DNA from: a bacterium
GTDB taxonomy: Bacteria; Hydrothermota; Tepidihabitantia; SM23-42; JAOAFX01
Assembly: GCA_036382775.1 (NCBI GenBank)
Contig: DASVHD010000036.1
Span: 18,657 to 82,656, forward strand
Reading direction: 5' to 3'
Length of the DNA: 64,000 nucleotides
Shown in pieces: positions 47,860-55,952 of this stretch (positions within the stretch are counted from its first letter, which is position 1; every line of letters starts with the position of its first letter). Below the pieces are notes generated by a model, which did no database searches, was not told the DNA's origin, and saw only the letters and a list, made by a program, of their open reading frames with translations. The position numbers were made by a program, and so were the translations under genes.

Positions 47860-48885
47860 ATGAAAAAGGTTCTGCTTTTAGTCTTGATACTAGCTGCATC
47901 AGTATTTTCCAAAGAAGATACGGCACCGATCGAGAAATACATTGATAAGATCAGCGTCGGCGATCCCATTGAATACAAGAATCTGAAAATATTCCCTTTG
48001 AACGTGCTTTCCGCGCTTAGCACCATGGACTATGTTACGCTTGACCAGGCCATGGATAAAGGCTGGTTAAAAATAAAGGAAAGCGGCGAAGGCGAAGTGA
48101 ACACGGTCATGGTTAAGAATAATGGCGACGCGCCGGTCTTTTTACTCACTGGCGAGATGATAACCGGTGCCAAGCAGGACCGGATGCTCGAAAAAGACCT
48201 GCTCCTGCCATCGAACAGTGGCTGGGTGGAAGTTCCCGTATACTGCGTGGAACATGGCCGCTGGGTATCGGTCTCCTCTGAATTCAAGTCTGGCGGTTAT
48301 GTGGTGCCCAACGCGGTGCGTCAGGCGGCCAAGATTAACCCCAGCCAGTCAGAAGTGTGGGACAAAGTGGCCGAGAACCAGGAACAACTGGGTGTCGCTT
48401 CGGGGACAGGTACTGCCCGCGATACTTATGAGGACTCGGATGTCCAGAAACGATTGGACGATTATGAGGTTAATCTCGGCAAAGTCCCGAAACTTTCAAG
48501 CACCACGATCGGAGTGGTCGTAACGACCGGCGACCGGATAATCTGCTTCGACCTGTTTGCCAACAACGGTCTGCTCAAGAAACTCTGGAAAAAACTGGTC
48601 AAGTCCTATGCCATGGACGCGCTGACCGGCGAGAAGAGCACGCTGACCAAATCCGATATCAGGGAATTGCTCGAGGTCTTCGAGGACGCTCGGTTTGTCT
48701 CGACCGGGACAGCCGGTTTGGGCGATCTTTTTACGATCGAGTCGACGGTCGGTAAGGGTTCAGCCCTGACCTATGGTAAAGCCGTGGTTCACATGGACTT
48801 CTTCCCCAGTGAAGACCTCCCGACCGATGATGAAGGTGATGGACTGCGCCTTGATTTCAGACGGGATCAGAGGAACGACGACTAG
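47860..48885 (+). CDS. secreted DUF6569/ARPP-1-like protein
   Basis: Signal peptide; NLKIFPL, TLDQA, FLLTGEMITGAKQDR, VYCVEHGRW, SQSEVW, KSYAMDAL. Confidence 0.7.
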   Translation: MKKVLLLVLILAASVFSKEDTAPIEKYIDKISVGDPIEYKNLKIFPLNVLSALSTMDYVTLDQAMDKGWLKIKESGEGEVNTVMVKNNGDAPVFLLTGEMITGAKQDRMLEKDLLLPSNSGWVEVPVYCVEHGRWVSVSSEFKSGGYVVPNAVRQAAKINPSQSEVWDKVAENQEQLGVASGTGTARDTYEDSDVQKRLDDYEVNLGKVPKLSSTTIGVVVTTGDRIICFDLFANNGLLKKLWKKLVKSYAMDALTGEKSTLTKSDIRELLEVFEDARFVSTGTAGLGDLFTIESTVGKGSALTYGKAVVHMDFFPSEDLPTDDEGDGLRLDFRRDQRNDD

Positions 48886-48901
48886 AATATAAAAAAACTT
48901 G

Positions 48902-48937
48902 ACAGAAAACCCCGCGTCTTGCCGCGGGGTTTTCTGT
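48902..48937. terminator. bidirectional intrinsic terminator
   Basis: acagaaaaccccgcg-tcttgc-cgcggggttttctgt between convergent genes. Confidence 0.85.
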
Positions 48938-48978
48938 TTTTCTGTTAATTACTTAATTACCAATTACCATTAACTATA

Positions 48979-51381
48979 TTACTTTACCAAAACCGCCTTT
49001 TGCGTCACGCTCTTGCCATCAGATTTAGACTCCAACCGGTAAAAATACACGCCCGGACTTACCTCTCTTCCCTTTCCATCCCTGCCATCCCACGTGACCG
49101 TCTGCCAGCCGGTTCTTTGCGCAGATCCCTGCCAGAGGATCGCGACCAGACTTCCGCTGGCGTTGTAGATTTTCAGTGCGTAGTCTTTATCAATGGCTGG
49201 CAAGCTGAATCTCACGCGGTGGCTGCCAATCCGTACCGGATTCGGGAAGAAGCTTCCAAGATCGAACCGCGCGGTATGCACTGGACTGCTGCTTTCCTCA
49301 ATACCTGGCTCGGGTTCGAACGCACCGGTCAGCACCACGGCAAAAGGCTGGCGCGCGGTCACCACATTTGCCGCCATGATCCTGATCTGCCATAAGCCTG
49401 TCCTGGGGACATTTATCCGGAAACATTCGTAGGGATTGAGGCTATCATAGCGCGCCGTGGGATTGATAATAGACTGACCGCCTGTATACACGCTGCCTTT
49501 GAACGAATCTCCGTAAGCGTTGACCATCCTGACGTCCAGATTGTTGATCAATACGCGCGCGGCGCCGGCTGCGGCCGCGGTGTCGGTCCAGCAGACAACA
49601 GCCCTTAACGGTACGGTTGAATCATCGACATTGAACTGGTATTCCGCAAATTGCCCAGTGGCAAGGCCGGTCGTGTCATCATCCAGCAGCAATTCCCTTT
49701 TTTCGGGCGTCGGCAAGGCAAAATAAAGAACGGAATCGAGATCGATCCGGCCCCAGCCGATATATTCGCTGGGCACGACATATGCCCCGACATTCGGATC
49801 GCAGGATACGATGATCATCGCCTTGAGCAGGGCACCGCTGACATAATCCATGCTGTCTGCCGGATCGAGCGTGCCGCTCGGATACCAGCCTTTTCTCAGG
49901 TATTCGCGGATCAGACCGATGCAGCCGTTGCACGAAGGCGCCGCCATTGACGTGCCGCTCATGCTGGTGTACGAGTTAGTCGTGCCTTCCATGGCTGAAT
50001 AGACATTACTCCCGATCGTCGAACAATCCGGTTTCACCCTGCCATCGGGTCCGGGGCCGCGGCTTGAATAAGTAGCCAGGGTTGTGGCGCTCGTACCGTT
50101 GCCCAGCGCGGCCATGGCGATGACCGATTTCGCGTTGCCGGGCTCGGTGATCCGGTACTGCGATGACTGACCCTGGTTGCCGCATGATTTTATCAGCACC
50201 ACATCCTTGTTTCTCCAGCAGAACATGTCAAACTCCATTGATTTCGCCGAATATACGCCCATGGTTCCGGTCCACCAGGAGTTGGAGATAGTGTGCGTGC
50301 GCAGCTGAGGATTGCGAAGGGTATTGGTAAGCATGTCCAGGATAGTAATGTAATTATAAGACGAACTCGGGATCGGGCTCAGGTGCGAAATACGCGCTTT
50401 CTTGGAATGGCCATCCCGCACGTCTGTGCCGCCCATGGCTGAATCATTGCCCACGGTCGTGCCGCCCACATGAGTGCCATGACCGTCAGGATCACCCACG
50501 CCGCTGGCCGGCGGATAATGTTTGAACACCACGACTTTTTGATGGGTCGGGAATTCACCCGTGTCCGTAATGGAAAATGCCGGATCGCCGAATGCCCAGT
50601 GATTAACATCAAGTCCAGTGTCAGTGTATCCCAGGATCTCGTCGGTGCCGAAAATCCCCTGGCGCCAGATCGACCGGGTCGTATCATTCGGCGGCAACCC
50701 CTTCTGGTTCACCCATTGCGCAAGATCGTTCTCCGGTGCCGAGGGAAACCACTCCTCGATCCAGCAAACCGAGGGCAAACGCGTCATTTCTGGCAGCTGC
50801 GACCGTAGGCAGCTCACAAAGAAAAATTTTATTTCCGCGGTATTGGATAGATCAAGGATCTTGACCTTAAGCGCTTCCAGGGCTCCGCGCGTATCATTAA
50901 CGCTTTCAGTATGGAAAATATAGACCAGGAATCTTGATTCCCGGCTGCCATTCAGGATGTTTTTGTATAATTTAAAGGCCGGCTGATAGATCCCGCTCCA
51001 GCGCACCATAGATAACTTATCGACCTCGGCCCTCACCCTGTCGTTCATCTTCACGATGAACATATTCTGCGAATGGCATCCGAGTAAGACCGCTCCGGTA
51101 TTATGAAGTTGGTCGATCATGCTTGCATATATTGGACCGCGCAATTGGACGAGATAATATCCATCGCCGTCGCCCGGGTATTTGTCGCATTTCAGGTCAA
51201 GGTCATCGGGTAGAATTGGCTGCGATACGAGCGGATCAAAAGTATGATCAGTGATCCTGATAACCGCCGCGTCACCGGCAGGTTCAGGTACGTAATATCC
51301 CCTGGCCGAAGGCTGGAACGGGTTGTTAAGTGCGAACACCCACATTCCCGCAATCAGGGTTAACAACGCGATATTTTTCAT
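48979..51381 (-). CDS. S8 subtilisin-like serine protease with FlgD/T9SS-type CTD
   Basis: DTGLD, HGTHVGG, SSRGP..DGRVKPD, SGTSMAAP, GWGRI; IYNASG...WDGRD..G..PGVYFYRL. Start MKNIALL at 51381 after GGGAGG. Confidence 0.9.
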   Translation of the reverse strand: MKNIALLTLIAGMWVFALNNPFQPSARGYYVPEPAGDAAVIRITDHTFDPLVSQPILPDDLDLKCDKYPGDGDGYYLVQLRGPIYASMIDQLHNTGAVLLGCHSQNMFIVKMNDRVRAEVDKLSMVRWSGIYQPAFKLYKNILNGSRESRFLVYIFHTESVNDTRGALEALKVKILDLSNTAEIKFFFVSCLRSQLPEMTRLPSVCWIEEWFPSAPENDLAQWVNQKGLPPNDTTRSIWRQGIFGTDEILGYTDTGLDVNHWAFGDPAFSITDTGEFPTHQKVVVFKHYPPASGVGDPDGHGTHVGGTTVGNDSAMGGTDVRDGHSKKARISHLSPIPSSSYNYITILDMLTNTLRNPQLRTHTISNSWWTGTMGVYSAKSMEFDMFCWRNKDVVLIKSCGNQGQSSQYRITEPGNAKSVIAMAALGNGTSATTLATYSSRGPGPDGRVKPDCSTIGSNVYSAMEGTTNSYTSMSGTSMAAPSCNGCIGLIREYLRKGWYPSGTLDPADSMDYVSGALLKAMIIVSCDPNVGAYVVPSEYIGWGRIDLDSVLYFALPTPEKRELLLDDDTTGLATGQFAEYQFNVDDSTVPLRAVVCWTDTAAAAGAARVLINNLDVRMVNAYGDSFKGSVYTGGQSIINPTARYDSLNPYECFRINVPRTGLWQIRIMAANVVTARQPFAVVLTGAFEPEPGIEESSSPVHTARFDLGSFFPNPVRIGSHRVRFSLPAIDKDYALKIYNASGSLVAILWQGSAQRTGWQTVTWDGRDGKGREVSPGVYFYRLESKSDGKSVTQKAVLVK

Positions 51382-51444
51382 AAAGCCTCCCTTACTATTT
51401 TTATCTAATTTAGGCACGAATTCTTTAAGGTAACAATTGTGTTT

Positions 51445-51529
51445 AGATTCTTCCCCTTCGCTGCACTCAGGGTCAGAATGACAATCTTGCAGGTCATTCT
51501 GAGGGTTTCGCCAGAAACCCGAAGAATCT
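51445..51529. repeat. inverted pair of GTCATTCTGA...GAAGAATCT palindromic units (family C)
   Basis: agattcttccccttcgctgcactcagggtcagaatgaca and gtcattctgagggtttcgccagaaacccgaagaatct. Confidence 0.75.
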
Positions 51530-51584
51530 CTATTCGTCAAGCAGTTATACCAAAACAACGGATTGAAAGCCACCATGAATCTGC

Positions 51585-53240
51585 CTACCTTTCCCCCTCT
51601 TCGATCTCGGTTATGCACTGGAGGATCTCCAGTTCATCGGCGTCGAACCAGATCAGACCACATGTCCAGCATTCATCGATCTCAACGTGGTGCGCGTAGC
51701 TGTAGAACTTATGCACCATTGGTTTGCCGCATTTCGGGCAGTTGCGCGGTTGAGCCGTGGCGATGCGGAGCTCGCATTTGTAACCGTGCTCTTTCGACTG
51801 TTTCCTGATGACGTCGGCCAGGTGCTGAACCCTTTTTGAGAAACCTTTTTCCTTGCGCGTGATTATGCGGGGGATCTTGTCGCGCTCGACCAGAATGCCC
51901 CGGCAGAACGCGCATTCTGACACGTACATCCCTTCGTATGGCAGTACGATCAGCCATTGCCGGCACAGCGGGCACAGCCGCCTGATCTTCCACATCGGTT
52001 CTTTTCTGACTTCAAAGAAAAAAGTGAGTGCCGGGACCTCCACGGCGGCGATTACCTCGGTGCTGCCGTCCACGCGTAGCCTGGTCTCAGGGATGAGCCA
52101 ATCCAAGCCCATAAGCTGGAGCATTGAGAACGGCCCGTACCATTCGTCATTTTTCTCGGCATAGAATACGGGACCGGTCTCTGGTATGTCGGCCTCGGTC
52201 TTGACCGTGATCTTTTTCTGGATCTGTTCGGTCAGCTGACTTATCTCGCCATGGCCCAGGTCAAGCAGGACTTGGAGCCGCTTGGTGAAAGGCGGGTGCG
52301 TGGAAAAAAGGGTCGGCCAGAAACCTTCGGATTCTTCCATAAGGTTGTGCTCAGGGCTCATGATGAAGATCGCGGACAGCCGGTCGCCGCTGTAACCGGC
52401 GCCGCGCCAGCGCAGGGCGATCTTGTACAGCGCGCTCGCCAGGCTCATCGGATCGCGGCTCAGCCTTGCTGCCGCGGCATCAGCCCGGTATTCCTTTTCC
52501 CTGGAAATGAACATGTTAAGCAGCGAACCAAAACACTCGAAAACGAACAGCGCCAGCAGAACGGGCATGGATGCCGCCACTGCGGAACTCGCCCGGCGCT
52601 GATTTTGCTCTCCGCGGTCAAAGGACGCTAATTGTGGAGCCCGTGCCAGCGCTTCTTCGTATACGTTAAACAGCGAGCAGACGATAGTCGTCAGGAGACA
52701 GTCGCCGGAGACGATGTGCGCCATTTCGTGCGCCACCACGGACTGCAGTTCTTCGCGCTTGAGCCGCGAGATCAAACCTTCGGTCACGCCGATGACCATA
52801 CGGCCGCTCAGGTCGGCCAGGGCGAAAGCGTTCATCGCGCCGGTCGGGATGACATACCTTTCGACCTGCAGGCCGCCGGCGGCCGCTTGCAGTTCATCGA
52901 CCACGTTTTCGAAGACGTGATGGTAATTATCGTGTTTGTCCGGATGCCTGACGCCAAGACAACCCAGGATCTTGTCGACCACGATCTTGTTGGAGTGATA
53001 CCAGTGGAACCACGTGACAATTAGCGCGACCAGCATGACAATAACCGTATCCCAGTCGAACAGGCTGAACTTCATGGCCTGCCACGTGAGGAAGAGTCGG
53101 TTGGAGAGCACAAGTTTAACGATCAGCCAGGCGACCCAGATGAATATAAAATGGATTAAAAGCAAAAAGGAAAAAACGGCGTAGATCCGCCACGTTTTTT
53201 CCTTTTCAATGTCCCAGAATGTCTTGATCGTTTCAGCCAT
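51585..53240 (-). CDS. HtpX-like M48 membrane metalloprotease with C-terminal GYF_2-like domain and two TFIIB-type Zn ribbons
   Basis: NAFA, VTEGL, AHEMAH, SREKEYRADA, STHPP; WYGPFS; CPLC..CAFC and CPKC..CWTCGLIWFDADEL. Confidence 0.85.
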   Translation of the reverse strand: MAETIKTFWDIEKEKTWRIYAVFSFLLLIHFIFIWVAWLIVKLVLSNRLFLTWQAMKFSLFDWDTVIVMLVALIVTWFHWYHSNKIVVDKILGCLGVRHPDKHDNYHHVFENVVDELQAAAGGLQVERYVIPTGAMNAFALADLSGRMVIGVTEGLISRLKREELQSVVAHEMAHIVSGDCLLTTIVCSLFNVYEEALARAPQLASFDRGEQNQRRASSAVAASMPVLLALFVFECFGSLLNMFISREKEYRADAAAARLSRDPMSLASALYKIALRWRGAGYSGDRLSAIFIMSPEHNLMEESEGFWPTLFSTHPPFTKRLQVLLDLGHGEISQLTEQIQKKITVKTEADIPETGPVFYAEKNDEWYGPFSMLQLMGLDWLIPETRLRVDGSTEVIAAVEVPALTFFFEVRKEPMWKIRRLCPLCRQWLIVLPYEGMYVSECAFCRGILVERDKIPRIITRKEKGFSKRVQHLADVIRKQSKEHGYKCELRIATAQPRNCPKCGKPMVHKFYSYAHHVEIDECWTCGLIWFDADELEILQCITEIEEGER

Positions 53241-53248
53241 AAGTTTTA

Positions 53249-53297
53249 AGCCATTGGCTATTGGCTATCAACTATATGTTATCGGCCATTAGCCATA
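53249..53297. repeat. 7-bp tandem repeat x7 (RGCYATY)
   Basis: agccatt ggctatt ggctatc aactata tgttatc ggccatt agccata. Confidence 0.7.
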
Positions 53298-55826
53298 GAT
53301 CGGCATTTGTTCGCGCAGTGCCTCGTATAACTTTTTACCTTTCTTTTGCAGGGCTTCATCCGCTTTTTGCAGATCCTTGATCAGGTCGGCGAACGTGGCC
53401 TTATGACCCGCGGTTTTTCCGCCATTAGCCTGGATGACCTTTACCAGCGCAGCCTTCATCTCCTCGCGCATGAGCTGCCACAGGTCCTTACCCTGGACGT
53501 GCGCGATCAGCCGGCCCATCGCCAGCGACATGGACAATACCGCGTTCATACCCAGATTCCCTTTTCTCTGCATCACCTCGATGACCTCATCGCGCGACGC
53601 GTTCTGGGTTATTTTGCCGCGTTTTATCGCCGTTTCCTTTTCCAAGTTCAAAAGCAGCCGGTCCACGGTTGTGATCGCCGTGAAATCCGAGACCTTTTTG
53701 CCGATGAACTCTTTGGCAATGATATTCAGCACGTTGTTAACCGCGTTCTGACAGCCCTTGCCTTCATAGCGCTGCACTGACTTCCACAGCGCGTTAAGCT
53801 CAGTGTCGTTCTTCGCGCTGACTGCGGCTTCGTTCGTGCCTTTCTTGAATTTGAAGGTCTTGTCGGCCTGGGCCGTGAACAGATCGGGGTACTTGTCAAC
53901 GACCCCAGACCTTTCGATCGTGCTGTCGATCAGGTGGATCGCCTCGCCGGTGCCGGCAGACGTGCCCAGCGGCGTTGAACCGGTGAATTTAAAGATCTTG
54001 CGGTATTGCTCGCTGCCCGCGATGCCGGCGTATAGATCAACACCGACCGACGGGATACCCGCGTTCGTGGGTTCCTCGTACGCGATGACCTCGGTGATCA
54101 CCAGATCCTGGATTATGCCCGCAATCTTAGTGACATCGCTTTTAGTAAAACCGCCCTTGGCAACCCGTTCCATCTCTTTCATTGTCTTTGTGACTGAACC
54201 GTATTTATACAGCCTTTCCGTGTTCGCGCCACCACCCGCTTTCAGGCCCAGCGAATTGACCGCCAGCGCGATCTGTGCTTCCATGTCGTCGTTAGGTGAT
54301 TTGGAACGGTGCGAAACGACCAGATCAAGTCCCTTACCCAGTGCGACGAGCATGGCGATAAGGCACTCAGATAGGGTGCCGATCTGATTCGCCTTGATAA
54401 GCGCCGTGTTGATCAGCCCTTTAGATGCGCACTCCTCGATCGTGGAATCCTTGGTAGTCACCAGGTCATCGCCGATAATGAAGACCTTGTCGCCCAGTTC
54501 CTTCATGAGCAGACGCCAGCCCTCGTGATCGTCTTCTGCGAACGCGTCTTCGAGCGATACGATCGGTACCTCCTCGACCGCTTTTTTGAACAGCTCGACC
54601 AGCTGGTCACGGGACATCACGACCTTCTCCTCGCCCCGCCAGAAATAATACATTCCGACGCTGTCCGGCTGATTGAATTCTTCCCGGTAGGCGTTGCTCA
54701 ATTCGCTTAACGCCGGATCGAACGCGATCGCGATGTCGTCGCCGGGTTTGTAGCCGATATCCCTGATCGCCTGCACGGCCATGCGCCACATCCGCTGTTC
54801 AGGGACCTGATCCTGAGGTTCTTTGGCGACAAAAGGGGCGAGACCGCCCTCCAGGCCGATACCCATGACCCGGGCGCCTTCGGATTTTTCCATGATCTCC
54901 TTCAAACGCGTCTGCAACGCGACCGTGATCATCTGCGCTTCCTCGTAATTTTTAGCGCACAGCGGCACGAACATCATTTCCTGCATGCTGATATTGCTTT
55001 CCGGATATTCCTTTTCCGTATGCCTGCCGCCCATGCCGCAGTTGCGATACTGCCAGGGCGCCCTGAGCATATCGCCGTCTGGCAGCGGTACTTCCTGGAT
55101 CCTTTTGTTCATCATCATCTGTTTCACGCTCTTGACTTTGTTCATCCAGGTGTCCTTGCTGATCTCGACCGTTTCGGCTTTTTCCTTTGCCTTAGCTTCG
55201 CGTGCCCGGAATTCGCGGTACTTACCCGGATCAGCCAACAAAAAGTCCAGCAATCCTACCAGTCCGATACCCAGAGATAGACGTCCAAAGTATATCATGA
55301 TCTCGATGTTCTGGATCAAGCCAATGATCAAAAGAACCGCGGCGATCGGCAGCATGACCAAAGACATGTTCCCGCTGCTCGCAGGACCAGCCGCAGCGAC
55401 CGCGAGGTTGAATGGAGCGTCCGGATAATAGGTCAGACCTTCCCGTTTCACGCCCGCAAACGCGCCGTATGGAATAAGTAAGTACATTTTGATATACCAC
55501 AGCAGTTTAGTGAAAAAGTCGGCTTTGATCTTTTTTTGCGCTTCAGGCAGAAGGTTTTCCTTCAGGGCGTTCAAGCGCACGGCCTGCAGGTAGTGACCCA
55601 TTTCATGGATCGCGATGCCCGTGTGGAAACTTAAGAACCAGAATACCGCAGAAACGATCGTTTCCGTGCTCGTGAAAACAAAACCGAGCACGTCCCTGCC
55701 CGCGATCCCTTCCCTGATGCACAGGATCGATGAAATGAACGCAACATGGAATGAAACCAGGATGTGGTTCGCGATGACCCACCCAGAGTGTAAGTTTTGC
55801 TTTATCGTACTTATTAAGTTTTTCAT
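53289..55826 (-). CDS. fusion of an N-terminal membrane HExxH (M50-like) domain and a circularly permuted enolase
   Basis: IAIHEMGH and AVAAAGP in TM segments. Barrel motifs GGRH, QEMM, GLEGGLAP, FDPA, LED, GDD, IKANQIGT, SHRS, LKAG come first; capping-domain motifs G.PSV, PLGTSAG..EA, YEGKG...AVNNV, LGMNAVLSMSLA follow. Likely start ATG 55826 after AAGGAAGG. Confidence 0.88.
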   Translation of the reverse strand: MKNLISTIKQNLHSGWVIANHILVSFHVAFISSILCIREGIAGRDVLGFVFTSTETIVSAVFWFLSFHTGIAIHEMGHYLQAVRLNALKENLLPEAQKKIKADFFTKLLWYIKMYLLIPYGAFAGVKREGLTYYPDAPFNLAVAAAGPASSGNMSLVMLPIAAVLLIIGLIQNIEIMIYFGRLSLGIGLVGLLDFLLADPGKYREFRAREAKAKEKAETVEISKDTWMNKVKSVKQMMMNKRIQEVPLPDGDMLRAPWQYRNCGMGGRHTEKEYPESNISMQEMMFVPLCAKNYEEAQMITVALQTRLKEIMEKSEGARVMGIGLEGGLAPFVAKEPQDQVPEQRMWRMAVQAIRDIGYKPGDDIAIAFDPALSELSNAYREEFNQPDSVGMYYFWRGEEKVVMSRDQLVELFKKAVEEVPIVSLEDAFAEDDHEGWRLLMKELGDKVFIIGDDLVTTKDSTIEECASKGLINTALIKANQIGTLSECLIAMLVALGKGLDLVVSHRSKSPNDDMEAQIALAVNSLGLKAGGGANTERLYKYGSVTKTMKEMERVAKGGFTKSDVTKIAGIIQDLVITEVIAYEEPTNAGIPSVGVDLYAGIAGSEQYRKIFKFTGSTPLGTSAGTGEAIHLIDSTIERSGVVDKYPDLFTAQADKTFKFKKGTNEAAVSAKNDTELNALWKSVQRYEGKGCQNAVNNVLNIIAKEFIGKKVSDFTAITTVDRLLLNLEKETAIKRGKITQNASRDEVIEVMQRKGNLGMNAVLSMSLAMGRLIAHVQGKDLWQLMREEMKAALVKVIQANGGKTAGHKATFADLIKDLQKADEALQKKGKKLYEALREQMPIYG

Positions 55827-55924
55827 AACAGTCCTTCCTTTCATTTTATTTCTTATATGCTCAAATCTTCAGTACATTAAATATGCGCCATTCAAAGGTT
55901 TAAACCTATATAATACCAACATGA

Positions 55925-55952
55925 ATTATATCTGAAATTGCCGATTTGTCAA
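55925..55952 (-). promoter_or_regulatory. sigma70 promoter TTGACA-N16-TATAAT for the enolase-fusion gene
   Basis: Perfect hexamers; the -35 box overlaps the folC stop codon. Confidence 0.7.

Noticed and set aside
51382-51618. 79-aa N-terminal extension of the S8 protease in the ORF track
   Set aside because: It reads through a palindromic repeat; the SD and signal peptide point to ATG 51381.
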